Shown here piece by piece: positions 39,659-48,240 of a DNA stretch of 64,000 bases. The stretch is from the sequence record SRR20825019_361. One strand, written 5' to 3'. The position numbers and the translations under genes were made by a program. The notes beneath the pieces are model-generated. The model worked only from the letters and a program-made list of their open reading frames with translations, was not told the DNA's origin and did no database searches. Positions within the stretch are counted from its first letter, which is position 1. Each line of letters starts with the position of its first letter.

Positions 39659-40118
39659 ATGAAAACACAACGTCTCATAGGTTTATTCATTCTTCTGGCG
39701 TCTTTTAATGTTTTCTCGCAAGGGAGCGATTCAACAGAAGTTCGGAAAATTGAAAAAGTGGTCGATGACTTCTTTATCGGACTGGAATCTGGCGATTCAG
39801 CGTTGATTTCATAAAGAAATGAGATTGATAACAACATCGTTGGATGGAAATAAAGAAAATCGAATTAATGTAATGAGCGCATCGGAATTTCTGATAGCAA
39901 TAGGAACTCCAAGAGATGGTACATGGGAGGAAAAGGTAGCTAATTTGAGGATTTCAATAGATCAAGGACTCGCAAATGTTTGGATGGACTACACATTTTA
40001 CTACAATGGAAAACTAAGTCACTGCGGGGTGAATTCCTTCGAAATTATGAAGGAAAAAGGCAAATGGTTGATTCTGGGAGTTTCAGATACTCGGAGAACT
40101 AAAAATTGTGATCAATAA
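39659..40118 (+). pseudogene. Frameshifted secreted NTF2-like (SnoaL/lumazine-binding type) protein
   Basis: Signal peptide plus ...FFIGLESGDSALIS stops at 39814; another frame continues HKEMRLITT...WEEKV...ANVWMDYTFY.NGKLSHCGVNSF...DTRR. Confidence 0.75.
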
Positions 40119-40143
40119 AAAAGGGAGACCTTTCGACCTCCCT
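40117..40143 (-). terminator. Intrinsic terminator of gcdH
   Basis: AGGGAGGTC-GAAA-GGTCTCCCT followed by a T run on the minus strand. Confidence 0.8.
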
Positions 40144-40165
40144 GATTCATTTAATATGTTTCGAA

Positions 40166-41371
40166 TTACATTTTCGATAAATCTGGCATCTCACGTGTAA
40201 ATGCTGAAATACCTGTAACGTCCATTCCTGTAATCAATAAGTGAATATCGTGCGTTCCTTCGTAAGTAACAACCGACTCAAGATTCGCCATGTGACGCAT
40301 AATAGAGTACTCACTCGTGATTCCCATTCCTCCGTGAATTTGACGAGCTTCTCTAGCGATATTCAATGCGATTTCAACGTTGTTGCGTTTCGCCATTGAG
40401 ATTTGTCCTGAAGTTGCCTTTCCAGCATTGCGCAACTGTCCCAAACGGAACGTCAACAATTGAGCCTTTGTGATTTCAGTGATCATCTCAGCCAATTTCT
40501 TTTGGATAAGCTGGAATGATCCGATTGGAACACCAAATTGAGTTCTTTCTTTCGAGTAACGCAAAGCTTGATCGTAGCAATCCATTGCAGCACCTAAGGC
40601 ACCCCAAGCAATTCCAAAGCGCGCTGAATCTAAACAGCTCAATGGAGCGCCCAATCCACTTCTTCCTGGAAGAATGTTCGATTTTGGTACTTTAACGTTA
40701 TCGAAGATAAGTTCTCCCGTTGCCGACGCACGAAGCGAAAGTTTTCCGTGCATTTCAGGAGTTGAAAATCCTTCCATACCTCTTTCAACAACTACTCCAT
40801 GAATTCTTCCTGTTTCGTCTTTTGCCCAAACAACGGCAATATCTGCGAAAGGCGCATTTGAAATCCACATTTTTGCTCCGTTAAGGATAATGTGATCTCC
40901 AGCATCTTTAAAGTTAGTCGTCATCCCACCTGGGTTAGATCCGTGATCAGGTTCTGTAAGACCAAAACAACCAATCATTTCACCAGTTCCCAATTTAGGA
41001 AGGTATTTTTGTTTTTGCTCCTCTGAACCATATTTCCAAATAGGGTACATAACAAGCGAGCTTTGAACTGACGCGGTAGAACGAAGTCCAGAATCGCATC
41101 TTTCTAATTCCTGCATGATCAATCCATAAGAGATTTGATCAAGTCCAGGACCACCGTACTCTTCAGGAATATATGGACCAAATGCTCCAATTTCTCCTAA
41201 ACCAGCAAGTAGGTGCTTAGGAAAAGTACAGTTCTCGTAATTCTCATCGATTATCGGAGAAACTTCCTTTTTAACCCAAGCGCGAGCTGCGTCACGGACT
41301 AATTTGTGCTCATCAGAGAGTAAATCATCCATGTTGTAATAATCTGGATGCGCGTATAAATCAGTTCTCAT
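40166..41371 (-). CDS. gcdH: Glutaryl-CoA dehydrogenase
   Basis: ELERCDSGLRS..SVQSSLVMYPI, GCFGLTEPDHGSNP, KLSLRASATG, NLESVVTYEGTHDIH. Confidence 0.88.
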   Translation of the reverse strand: MRTDLYAHPDYYNMDDLLSDEHKLVRDAARAWVKKEVSPIIDENYENCTFPKHLLAGLGEIGAFGPYIPEEYGGPGLDQISYGLIMQELERCDSGLRSTASVQSSLVMYPIWKYGSEEQKQKYLPKLGTGEMIGCFGLTEPDHGSNPGGMTTNFKDAGDHIILNGAKMWISNAPFADIAVVWAKDETGRIHGVVVERGMEGFSTPEMHGKLSLRASATGELIFDNVKVPKSNILPGRSGLGAPLSCLDSARFGIAWGALGAAMDCYDQALRYSKERTQFGVPIGSFQLIQKKLAEMITEITKAQLLTFRLGQLRNAGKATSGQISMAKRNNVEIALNIAREARQIHGGMGITSEYSIMRHMANLESVVTYEGTHDIHLLITGMDVTGISAFTREMPDLSKM

Positions 41372-41396
41372 TGCTTCTAATTTTTAGATAGTGGTG

Positions 41397-41404
41397 CAAA
41401 TTTA
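41397..41404 (-). promoter_or_regulatory. -7 element TAAATTTG for gcdH
   Basis: Exact consensus 25 nt upstream of the ATG. Confidence 0.6.
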
Positions 41405-41493
41405 ACGATATTTTCTGGCGATGTTAAAAATTTTCGGAAGTCTCAAAATATCTTTGTGTTAACTTTGGGGATTATCTTGAGATAATAGGCATT

Positions 41494-42183
41494 ATGAAGC
41501 AAGTGTTAATTTTACTAACAAATATCCCTGAGGAATTAACTCCTCGCATACTTACTGCGGATGTAGCAATAGGGGTTATGCTTTTTGTATCTTTTGTTGC
41601 CGTTGCTCTCGCGAATTTTTCTCGACCAAACGTGTATGGTACTGTGCTACTTGCAAATTTAAAACTGCAAGGACTCGGAACTTATTTGAGAGAAACCCTA
41701 CCGATTGATAAGTTAAGCTCAGTAATGCTAACGATCAATTATCTATTGACAAGTTCTGCTATTATTTACTTGCTTTTTAGAATGTTTCCCATGTCCACAG
41801 GGTTTGAAGCGATCGTAATAATATTTTCGCCAATTGTTTTGCTTCTTTGGAGCACAGGATCGCTCTTTATTACTGGGTGGATAACGGGAGAAGGACAAGT
41901 TGTGAGGGAACCAATATTGATGAAGCTAGTAGGGGCTCAAATGTCTGGTTTGATCTATTTTCTTTGCGCATTAATCTGGACATTGAACGTTCAATACTCG
42001 AATATTGTGCTTCCTGTGGTGGTTGGATTTTTTATTGTCGAAACTGCACTTCGTTGGGGTAAAAGCATTCTTTCTGTTTTAAAGAGAGGAGTGGCATGGT
42101 ATTATATAATTTTGTACTTTTGCACCCTCGAAATCCTGCCTTTCTATGTGGTTTACCAATTATTAGGGGAGAATTTGGGGTAG
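41494..42183 (+). CDS. DUF4271-like membrane protein
   Basis: Multiple TM segments, C-terminal YIILYFCTLEILP; usual position upstream of hemD in Bacteroidota. Confidence 0.8.
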   Translation: MKQVLILLTNIPEELTPRILTADVAIGVMLFVSFVAVALANFSRPNVYGTVLLANLKLQGLGTYLRETLPIDKLSSVMLTINYLLTSSAIIYLLFRMFPMSTGFEAIVIIFSPIVLLLWSTGSLFITGWITGEGQVVREPILMKLVGAQMSGLIYFLCALIWTLNVQYSNIVLPVVVGFFIVETALRWGKSILSVLKRGVAWYYIILYFCTLEILPFYVVYQLLGENLG

Positions 42184-42206
42184 TGTTGAATTAATAACTA
42201 ATACCA

Positions 42207-42965
42207 TTGGCAATCAAGACAATTTTGGTTTCGCAACCTAAGCCTGAAGGGCAAAAATCGCCTTATTTTGATTTGGCGGAGAAATATAAGTTAAAGATTG
42301 ATTTTAGATCTTTCATTCAAGTAGAAGGGGTTGGAGCGCAAGAGTTCAGGACTCAGAAGATTGATTTAGCAAGTCACACGGCTGTTATTTTGACGTCAAA
42401 GAATGCTGTAGATCATTTCTTTCGAATAGCTCAAGAAGTGCGTTTTGAGGTGCCCGACAGCATGAAATATTTTTGTATTTCCGAAGCTGTAGCTTACTAC
42501 CTTCAAAAGTATGTTGCTTACAGAAAAAGAAAGATATTTTTTGGGAAACAGACAATCGAAGATATGGCCGATGTTCTTAAAAAGAACAAAAAGGAAACAT
42601 TCTTACTTCCTTGTGCTGATAGATTACGCGACAAAATTCCTCAAACGCTTGAAGAGTACAAACTCAATTTTACAAGAGCGACGCTCTACAGAACGGTAGC
42701 TTCGGATTTGTCTGACTTAGAGGATGTATTTTATGACATGTTGGTGTTTTATAGTCCTGGTGGAGTAGAATCACTGTTGAAGAATTTCCCTGGATATAAG
42801 CAAAATGATACAGTTATAGCCGCGTTCGGACCAACAACTGCAAATGCTATTGTACAGAATAAATTACGTCTTGATCTTCATGCGCCTCAACCAAATGCTC
42901 CGTCTATGACGGGGGCTATTGAGAACTTTGTGAAAGGTCAAATCAAGAGCGACAAGAAGAAATAA
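42207..42965 (+). CDS. hemD: Uroporphyrinogen-III synthase
   Basis: IKTILVSQPKP...SPYFDL, TSKNAVDHFF, YDMLVFYSP.G, IAAFGPTT; TTG start. Confidence 0.9.
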   Translation: MAIKTILVSQPKPEGQKSPYFDLAEKYKLKIDFRSFIQVEGVGAQEFRTQKIDLASHTAVILTSKNAVDHFFRIAQEVRFEVPDSMKYFCISEAVAYYLQKYVAYRKRKIFFGKQTIEDMADVLKKNKKETFLLPCADRLRDKIPQTLEEYKLNFTRATLYRTVASDLSDLEDVFYDMLVFYSPGGVESLLKNFPGYKQNDTVIAAFGPTTANAIVQNKLRLDLHAPQPNAPSMTGAIENFVKGQIKSDKKK

Positions 42966-42992
42966 GAAATAAAAAAGTTATACGGGAAGGTG

Positions 42993-43715
42993 TTATTCGT
43001 TGGATAACACCTTTTTTATTTCATTAACGATTGTTTCCATTCCTTCTACAGCGCCTACCGAGAGACAAGTAAAATTCTTAGGCACCGATAGCTGATGTGC
43101 ATTTGGATCAATCACGACACTCCATTCCGAATTTTTAGCGTAATCGATTAGTCCAGCGGCCGGATATACCTGCAAAGAAGTTCCGATCACAATGAAAATA
43201 TCAGCCGCTTCGAGCAATGGGATTGCATCGTTGTATGCTGGAACCGCTTCGCCAAACCATACAACATGCGGTCTCAGTGGATATCCGTCAGGACAAAAAT
43301 CAGTGGAAGTCAATTCCCAACCTTCAATTGGATAGTATTGCTTTTCTTGATTCGGACCAGAACTTTTGGCATAGCGAATGTTTCCATGAAGGTGAAGCAC
43401 CTGTTTACTGCCTGCACGCTCATGTAAATCGTCGATATTTTGGGTGATTACTTGAACATTGGCCAAATTCTGTAGTTCAGTAATCAGTTCATGTGCGCGG
43501 TTTGGTTTTACAGAAAGTACATTTTTCCGTCGCTCATTATAGAACTTAGTTACTAGTTCAGCATTCTTTCTCCATGCCTCTGGAGTTGCTACATCTTCTA
43601 CCTTATGTTGCTCCCATAAACCGTCGGAATCCCGAAAAGTTTGAATGCCACTTTCGGCACTCATTCCAGCGCCAGAAAAGATTACAATATTTGATTTTAA
43701 AGAGATTTTTCTCAC
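42993..43715 (-). CDS. cobB: Sir2-family NAD-dependent deacylase
   Basis: GAGMSAESGIQTFR, ITQNIDDLHERAG, HLHG, LRPHVVWFGE, GTSLQVYPAA. Confidence 0.92.
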   Translation of the reverse strand: MRKISLKSNIVIFSGAGMSAESGIQTFRDSDGLWEQHKVEDVATPEAWRKNAELVTKFYNERRKNVLSVKPNRAHELITELQNLANVQVITQNIDDLHERAGSKQVLHLHGNIRYAKSSGPNQEKQYYPIEGWELTSTDFCPDGYPLRPHVVWFGEAVPAYNDAIPLLEAADIFIVIGTSLQVYPAAGLIDYAKNSEWSVVIDPNAHQLSVPKNFTCLSVGAVEGMETIVNEIKKVLSNE

Positions 43716-43825
43716 AAGTTAGCTTTTCAATAGTAAGATAATTAACAAAGTCTAAATATACTAAACCGTTTGTTTCGTAATTGTTAAGTCAATACTTTAG
43801 AGTCTGAATCAAACTTTAAATTATT

Positions 43826-45289
43826 ATGAAAAAATTATTACTTAGCGCGGCAATAGTAGCTTCTTCGGTTGCTGCAAATGCTCAGATTGCAGATGGTAGT
43901 GTCGCTCCAAACTTTACTGCTACTGACTTGAATGGAAATTCACACACACTTTATGATTATTTAGCTGCTGGAAAAACAGTTATTATCGATGTGTCTGCTA
44001 CATGGTGTGGACCATGTTGGAGTTACCACAACACTCACGCATTGAAAAATTTGTACAATGCATACGGACCAAACGGATCTGATGAGGTGATGGTATTCTT
44101 TGTAGAAGGTGACGGTCAAACAAATTTGGCAGATTTGAACGGAACGGGTTCAAATACAACTGGTGATTGGGTGACTGGCACGCCTTATCCAATTCTTGAC
44201 AATGCAGGGATTGCGAGTTCATACCAAATTGCATATTTTCCAACAGTATACAGAATCTGCCCAGATGGTGCAGGTGGAGGTACTGTTTATGAAGAAGGAC
44301 AATCAACTTTTTCAGCATTAGTTGCAAGTATTGGATCTAACTGCGGTCAACCGTTGTCTGGAATTGCTAACCACGTTCAAATGGAAGGTGGAGAAGTTGT
44401 TTCTTGTTCTACAACTGGAGCTCCAGAGGTTAAATTCAAAAACTTTGGAAACAACGCAATTACTTCTGCAACTGTAGTTCTTTATGAAAATGGATCTCAA
44501 GTAGCTACACAAAGCTTCTCAGGAAGTGTTGCTCCTCTTGCTGAAGGTACAGTTACTTTTGCTTCACTTACATTGAATTCAGGTTCTACTTACACAGCTG
44601 GATTAACATTGGTGAATACGGTTACTCCTGCAAACCCAGCGTTAGCTGTTGCAGGTGTTGATGTGAATATTTCAAGTATTATTTCTGGAACGTTGGCAGC
44701 TACAGTAAATATCGTTACTGACCGTTACGGTTCTGAAACAACTTGGACATTGAAGAATAGCGCTGGAACAACAGTTGCTAGTGGTGGACCATACGCTAAT
44801 TTATCTGCGAACGGAACAGCAGTTCAAACACCAGTAAGCGTAACTTTAGTTCAAGATGAGTGCTACACAATGACAGTTAACGATTCATACGGTGACGGAA
44901 TGAACTCTGGATACGGTGCAGGATCTTTTGCAGTTAAAAATGCAGCAGGTGTATCATTTATCACAGGAGGTACATTTACTTCAGTTGCGAAAGAAAGCGC
45001 AAAAGGAACAAATAGCCAAGCGTCTATTAATGAAAACACAATTGCTGGAGTAAACATTTACCCAAATCCTGCTACGGATATGTTGAATGTTACTTTCGAT
45101 GCAAATGATGCAAACTATTCTATCACAATGACTGACCTTTCAGGAAGAGTTGTTGCGAAAAACGCTGTATCAGGAGCTTCTGGAACACATAACGTTTCTT
45201 TTGATGTTACTAACATCGCTAAAGGAAGTTACATCGTAACTATTTCTTCATCTACAGGTGTTTACACAGACAACGTAGTTATCAAATAG
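43826..45289 (+). CDS. T9SS-secreted thioredoxin-fold (redoxin) protein
   Basis: Signal peptide; APNFTATD, SATWCGPCW; CTD IYPNPA...AKGSYIV. Confidence 0.88.
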   Translation: MKKLLLSAAIVASSVAANAQIADGSVAPNFTATDLNGNSHTLYDYLAAGKTVIIDVSATWCGPCWSYHNTHALKNLYNAYGPNGSDEVMVFFVEGDGQTNLADLNGTGSNTTGDWVTGTPYPILDNAGIASSYQIAYFPTVYRICPDGAGGGTVYEEGQSTFSALVASIGSNCGQPLSGIANHVQMEGGEVVSCSTTGAPEVKFKNFGNNAITSATVVLYENGSQVATQSFSGSVAPLAEGTVTFASLTLNSGSTYTAGLTLVNTVTPANPALAVAGVDVNISSIISGTLAATVNIVTDRYGSETTWTLKNSAGTTVASGGPYANLSANGTAVQTPVSVTLVQDECYTMTVNDSYGDGMNSGYGAGSFAVKNAAGVSFITGGTFTSVAKESAKGTNSQASINENTIAGVNIYPNPATDMLNVTFDANDANYSITMTDLSGRVVAKNAVSGASGTHNVSFDVTNIAKGSYIVTISSSTGVYTDNVVIK

Positions 45290-45309
45290 ATTATACAAAA
45301 TTCTTAAGG

Positions 45310-45338
45310 AAGCCGTCTCAACTTGAGACGGCTTTTTT
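45310..45338 (+). terminator. Intrinsic terminator
   Basis: aagccgtctca-act-tgagacggctt followed by tttt. Confidence 0.9.
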
Positions 45339-45397
45339 GTTTCCAAAACTCCGTATTCCTTGCATTTTAGTATCTTTATCGGCTTCAAACAATTCGT

Positions 45398-47662
45398 ATG
45401 CCGAAAATAAAAAAACAAGACGCGTTAGACTATCATTCCTCAGGAAAACCTGGGAAAATCGAAGTAATACCTACAAAGCCGTATTCTTCTCAACGCGACC
45501 TGTCTCTTGCATACTCTCCAGGGGTTGCAGAGCCATGTCTGAAAATTGCTGAGAATAAGGAAGACGTTTACAAATACACAAGCAAAGGAAACTTAGTGGC
45601 AGTTATTTCAAACGGTACTGCTGTTCTTGGTTTAGGAGATATAGGTCCTGAAGCGTCGAAGCCTGTAATGGAAGGAAAGGGATTGCTCTTTAAAATATTT
45701 GCAGATATAGACGTTTTTGATATTGAGGTCGACGCAAAAGACCCTGAGTTGTTCATTCAAACAGTAAAAGCAATTGCTCCAACGTTTGGAGGGATTAACC
45801 TTGAAGATATTAAAGCTCCTGAAGCGTTTGAAATCGAACGAAGATTGAAAGAAGAGCTTGATATTCCTGTAATGCATGACGATCAGCACGGAACGGCAAT
45901 TATTTCATCGGCTGCTTTGTTAAATGCACTTGAATTAGCCAAAAAGAAAATCGGAAGGGTGAAAATCGTAGTTTCCGGAGCCGGAGCTTCAGCACTTTCT
46001 TGCGCAAAGTTATACCACGTGTTGGGTGCTAAATTGGAGAACATTCTTATGTTCGACTCTAAGGGACTAATTCACGCAGGTAGAACAGATATTGACGAAA
46101 ACAAACGCTATTTTGCCGTTCATAAAAAGGATGTTTCTTTTGAAGAGGCATTCAAAAAAGCGGATGTTTTTCTTGGATTGTCACGCGCTGGATTGGTTTC
46201 TAAAGAAATGATCAAGGTGATGGCGAAAGATCCAATCGTATTTGCGCTTGCGAATCCAGAACCAGAAATTCCATACAAAGAGGCAACTTCAGTAAGAAAA
46301 GATATCATCATGGCAACAGGTCGTTCAGATCATCCTAATCAGGTGAACAACGTACTTGGATTCCCTTTTATTTTTAGAGGAGCACTTGATGTTCGTGCGA
46401 AAACAATTAATGAGGAAATGAAACTTGCTGCTGTTCACGCAATTGCTGGACTTGCCAAGGAGAGTATTCCAGAGGAAGTAATTGAGGCCTATGGAGAAAA
46501 GAATATCTCGTTCGGTAGAGAACAGATAATCCCAAAGCCACTTGATCCACGATTGATTTATTATGTTGCTCCAGCAGTTGCACGTGCTGCAATGGAATCT
46601 GGCGTAGCAAGACTTCCAATCGAAGATTGGGATGAGTATGAGCAAACGCTTAAGAATAGATTAGGACTGGATACAAAGCTTCTTCGAAACATTACCGAGA
46701 AGGCTCAACGTTCTCCAAAACGAGTGGTTTTTGCCGAAGCAGACAACATTAAAATCTTGAAAGCGGCTCAAACGGCACAGGAAGAAGGCGTGGCAATTCC
46801 TATTCTACTTGGAAATAGAACAACGATTAATGAGCTGATCGTAGAATATCATATTGAGTTTAATGATGTTGAAATAATAGATCCAAAAGCAGACGAAGAA
46901 AAATCGCGCAGACAAGAATACGGATTGAATTATTTCGAAAAGCGAAAGCGTAAAGGAATTACCGAGTTTGAAGCTATTCAGACGATGCGTGAAAGAAATC
47001 ACTTCGGTGCGATGATGGTGGAAATGGGTGATGCAGACGCAATGATTTCAGGAATCACACGGAATTATCGCGACGTTGTAGCGCCAGTCATTAAGGTTAT
47101 TGGACTTCAAAAAGGAATGACGAAGGTTGCAGGAATGTACATCTTAGACACCAAACGTGGACCAATGTTTTTAGCAGACACAACGGTGAACAAGAACCCA
47201 ACTGCTGAAGACATTGCCGAAATCACTTCAAACGTTGCCAAAACCATTCGTAAATTCAAGGTAATCCCAAGAGTTGCTTTATTGAGCTACTCGAATTTTG
47301 GATCTTCTCCAGGCGAAGACCCAGAAAAAATGGCGAAGGCAGTCAAAATTATTCATGAGAACGACCCTAACTTAATTGTCGATGGAGAAGTTCAAGCAAA
47401 TTTCGCGTTGAATAATGACTTGATGAATGAGAAATTTTCTTTTTCCACGCTTTCTAATAAAAAGGTAAACACACTCATTTTCCCCAACCTATCTGCTGGA
47501 AACATTGCCTACAAATTATTGCAGGAAATGACAGAAGGAGATGCAATTGGACCTGTATTGGTTGGACTTAGAAAATCAGTTCACGTTCTCCAAATGGGAT
47601 CTTCGGTGAGAGAAATAATTAATATGGTTAAAGTGGCGGTAGTAGACGCCCAAAACAAATAA
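45398..47662 (+). CDS. maeB: NADP-dependent malic enzyme with PTA-like C-terminal domain
   Basis: LSLAYSPGVA, NGTAVLGLG, GGINLEDI, HDDQHGTA, NQVNNVLGFP; C-terminal ALLSYSNFGS, DGEVQ. Confidence 0.96.
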   Translation: MPKIKKQDALDYHSSGKPGKIEVIPTKPYSSQRDLSLAYSPGVAEPCLKIAENKEDVYKYTSKGNLVAVISNGTAVLGLGDIGPEASKPVMEGKGLLFKIFADIDVFDIEVDAKDPELFIQTVKAIAPTFGGINLEDIKAPEAFEIERRLKEELDIPVMHDDQHGTAIISSAALLNALELAKKKIGRVKIVVSGAGASALSCAKLYHVLGAKLENILMFDSKGLIHAGRTDIDENKRYFAVHKKDVSFEEAFKKADVFLGLSRAGLVSKEMIKVMAKDPIVFALANPEPEIPYKEATSVRKDIIMATGRSDHPNQVNNVLGFPFIFRGALDVRAKTINEEMKLAAVHAIAGLAKESIPEEVIEAYGEKNISFGREQIIPKPLDPRLIYYVAPAVARAAMESGVARLPIEDWDEYEQTLKNRLGLDTKLLRNITEKAQRSPKRVVFAEADNIKILKAAQTAQEEGVAIPILLGNRTTINELIVEYHIEFNDVEIIDPKADEEKSRRQEYGLNYFEKRKRKGITEFEAIQTMRERNHFGAMMVEMGDADAMISGITRNYRDVVAPVIKVIGLQKGMTKVAGMYILDTKRGPMFLADTTVNKNPTAEDIAEITSNVAKTIRKFKVIPRVALLSYSNFGSSPGEDPEKMAKAVKIIHENDPNLIVDGEVQANFALNNDLMNEKFSFSTLSNKKVNTLIFPNLSAGNIAYKLLQEMTEGDAIGPVLVGLRKSVHVLQMGSSVREIINMVKVAVVDAQNK

Positions 47663-47663
47663 G

Positions 47664-48239
47664 ATGATAGCACAGCTAAACGGACGCCTAATCGAGAAAA
47701 ACCCAACAGAACTCATCGTTGAATGTGGTGGAGTTGGCTACGAAGTGAAAATCTCTCTGAATACGTTTAGCGGAATTGGATCAGATGAAAACGTCAAAAT
47801 TTTTACTCGATTCATTGTACGAGAGGATGCCCAAATTTTATACGGATTTGGAGAAAAAACGGAAAGAGAAATGTTTAATCATTTAATCTCTGTTTCTGGG
47901 ATAGGACCAAACACTGCAATGATCATGCTTTCGTCATTAATTCCTGAAGAAATTGCGTCCGCAATTCAAACGGAAGACGTGAAAACAATTCAAGGAATTA
48001 AAGGAATTGGAGCCAAAACCGCTCAGCGAGTGATCATTGATTTGAAGGATAAAATGTTAAAAATGGAGTTTTCTGGCGAAAATCTGTTCGTAACAAACAA
48101 TACAAATAGATTTGATGCGTTAACAGCATTGGTTTCTTTAGGTTTTGACCGAAAGTCTGCGGAGAAAGCGATCGATAAGATCGGCACTGGAGAAGAGTCT
48201 GTTGAACAGCTAATTAAGGAAGCTCTGAAAATATTATAA
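47664..48239 (+). CDS. ruvA: Holliday junction branch migration protein RuvA
   Basis: GGVGYEV, VRED..LYGF, SGIGP, KGIGAKTAQR. Confidence 0.96.
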   Translation: MIAQLNGRLIEKNPTELIVECGGVGYEVKISLNTFSGIGSDENVKIFTRFIVREDAQILYGFGEKTEREMFNHLISVSGIGPNTAMIMLSSLIPEEIASAIQTEDVKTIQGIKGIGAKTAQRVIIDLKDKMLKMEFSGENLFVTNNTNRFDALTALVSLGFDRKSAEKAIDKIGTGEESVEQLIKEALKIL

Positions 48240-48240
48240 G

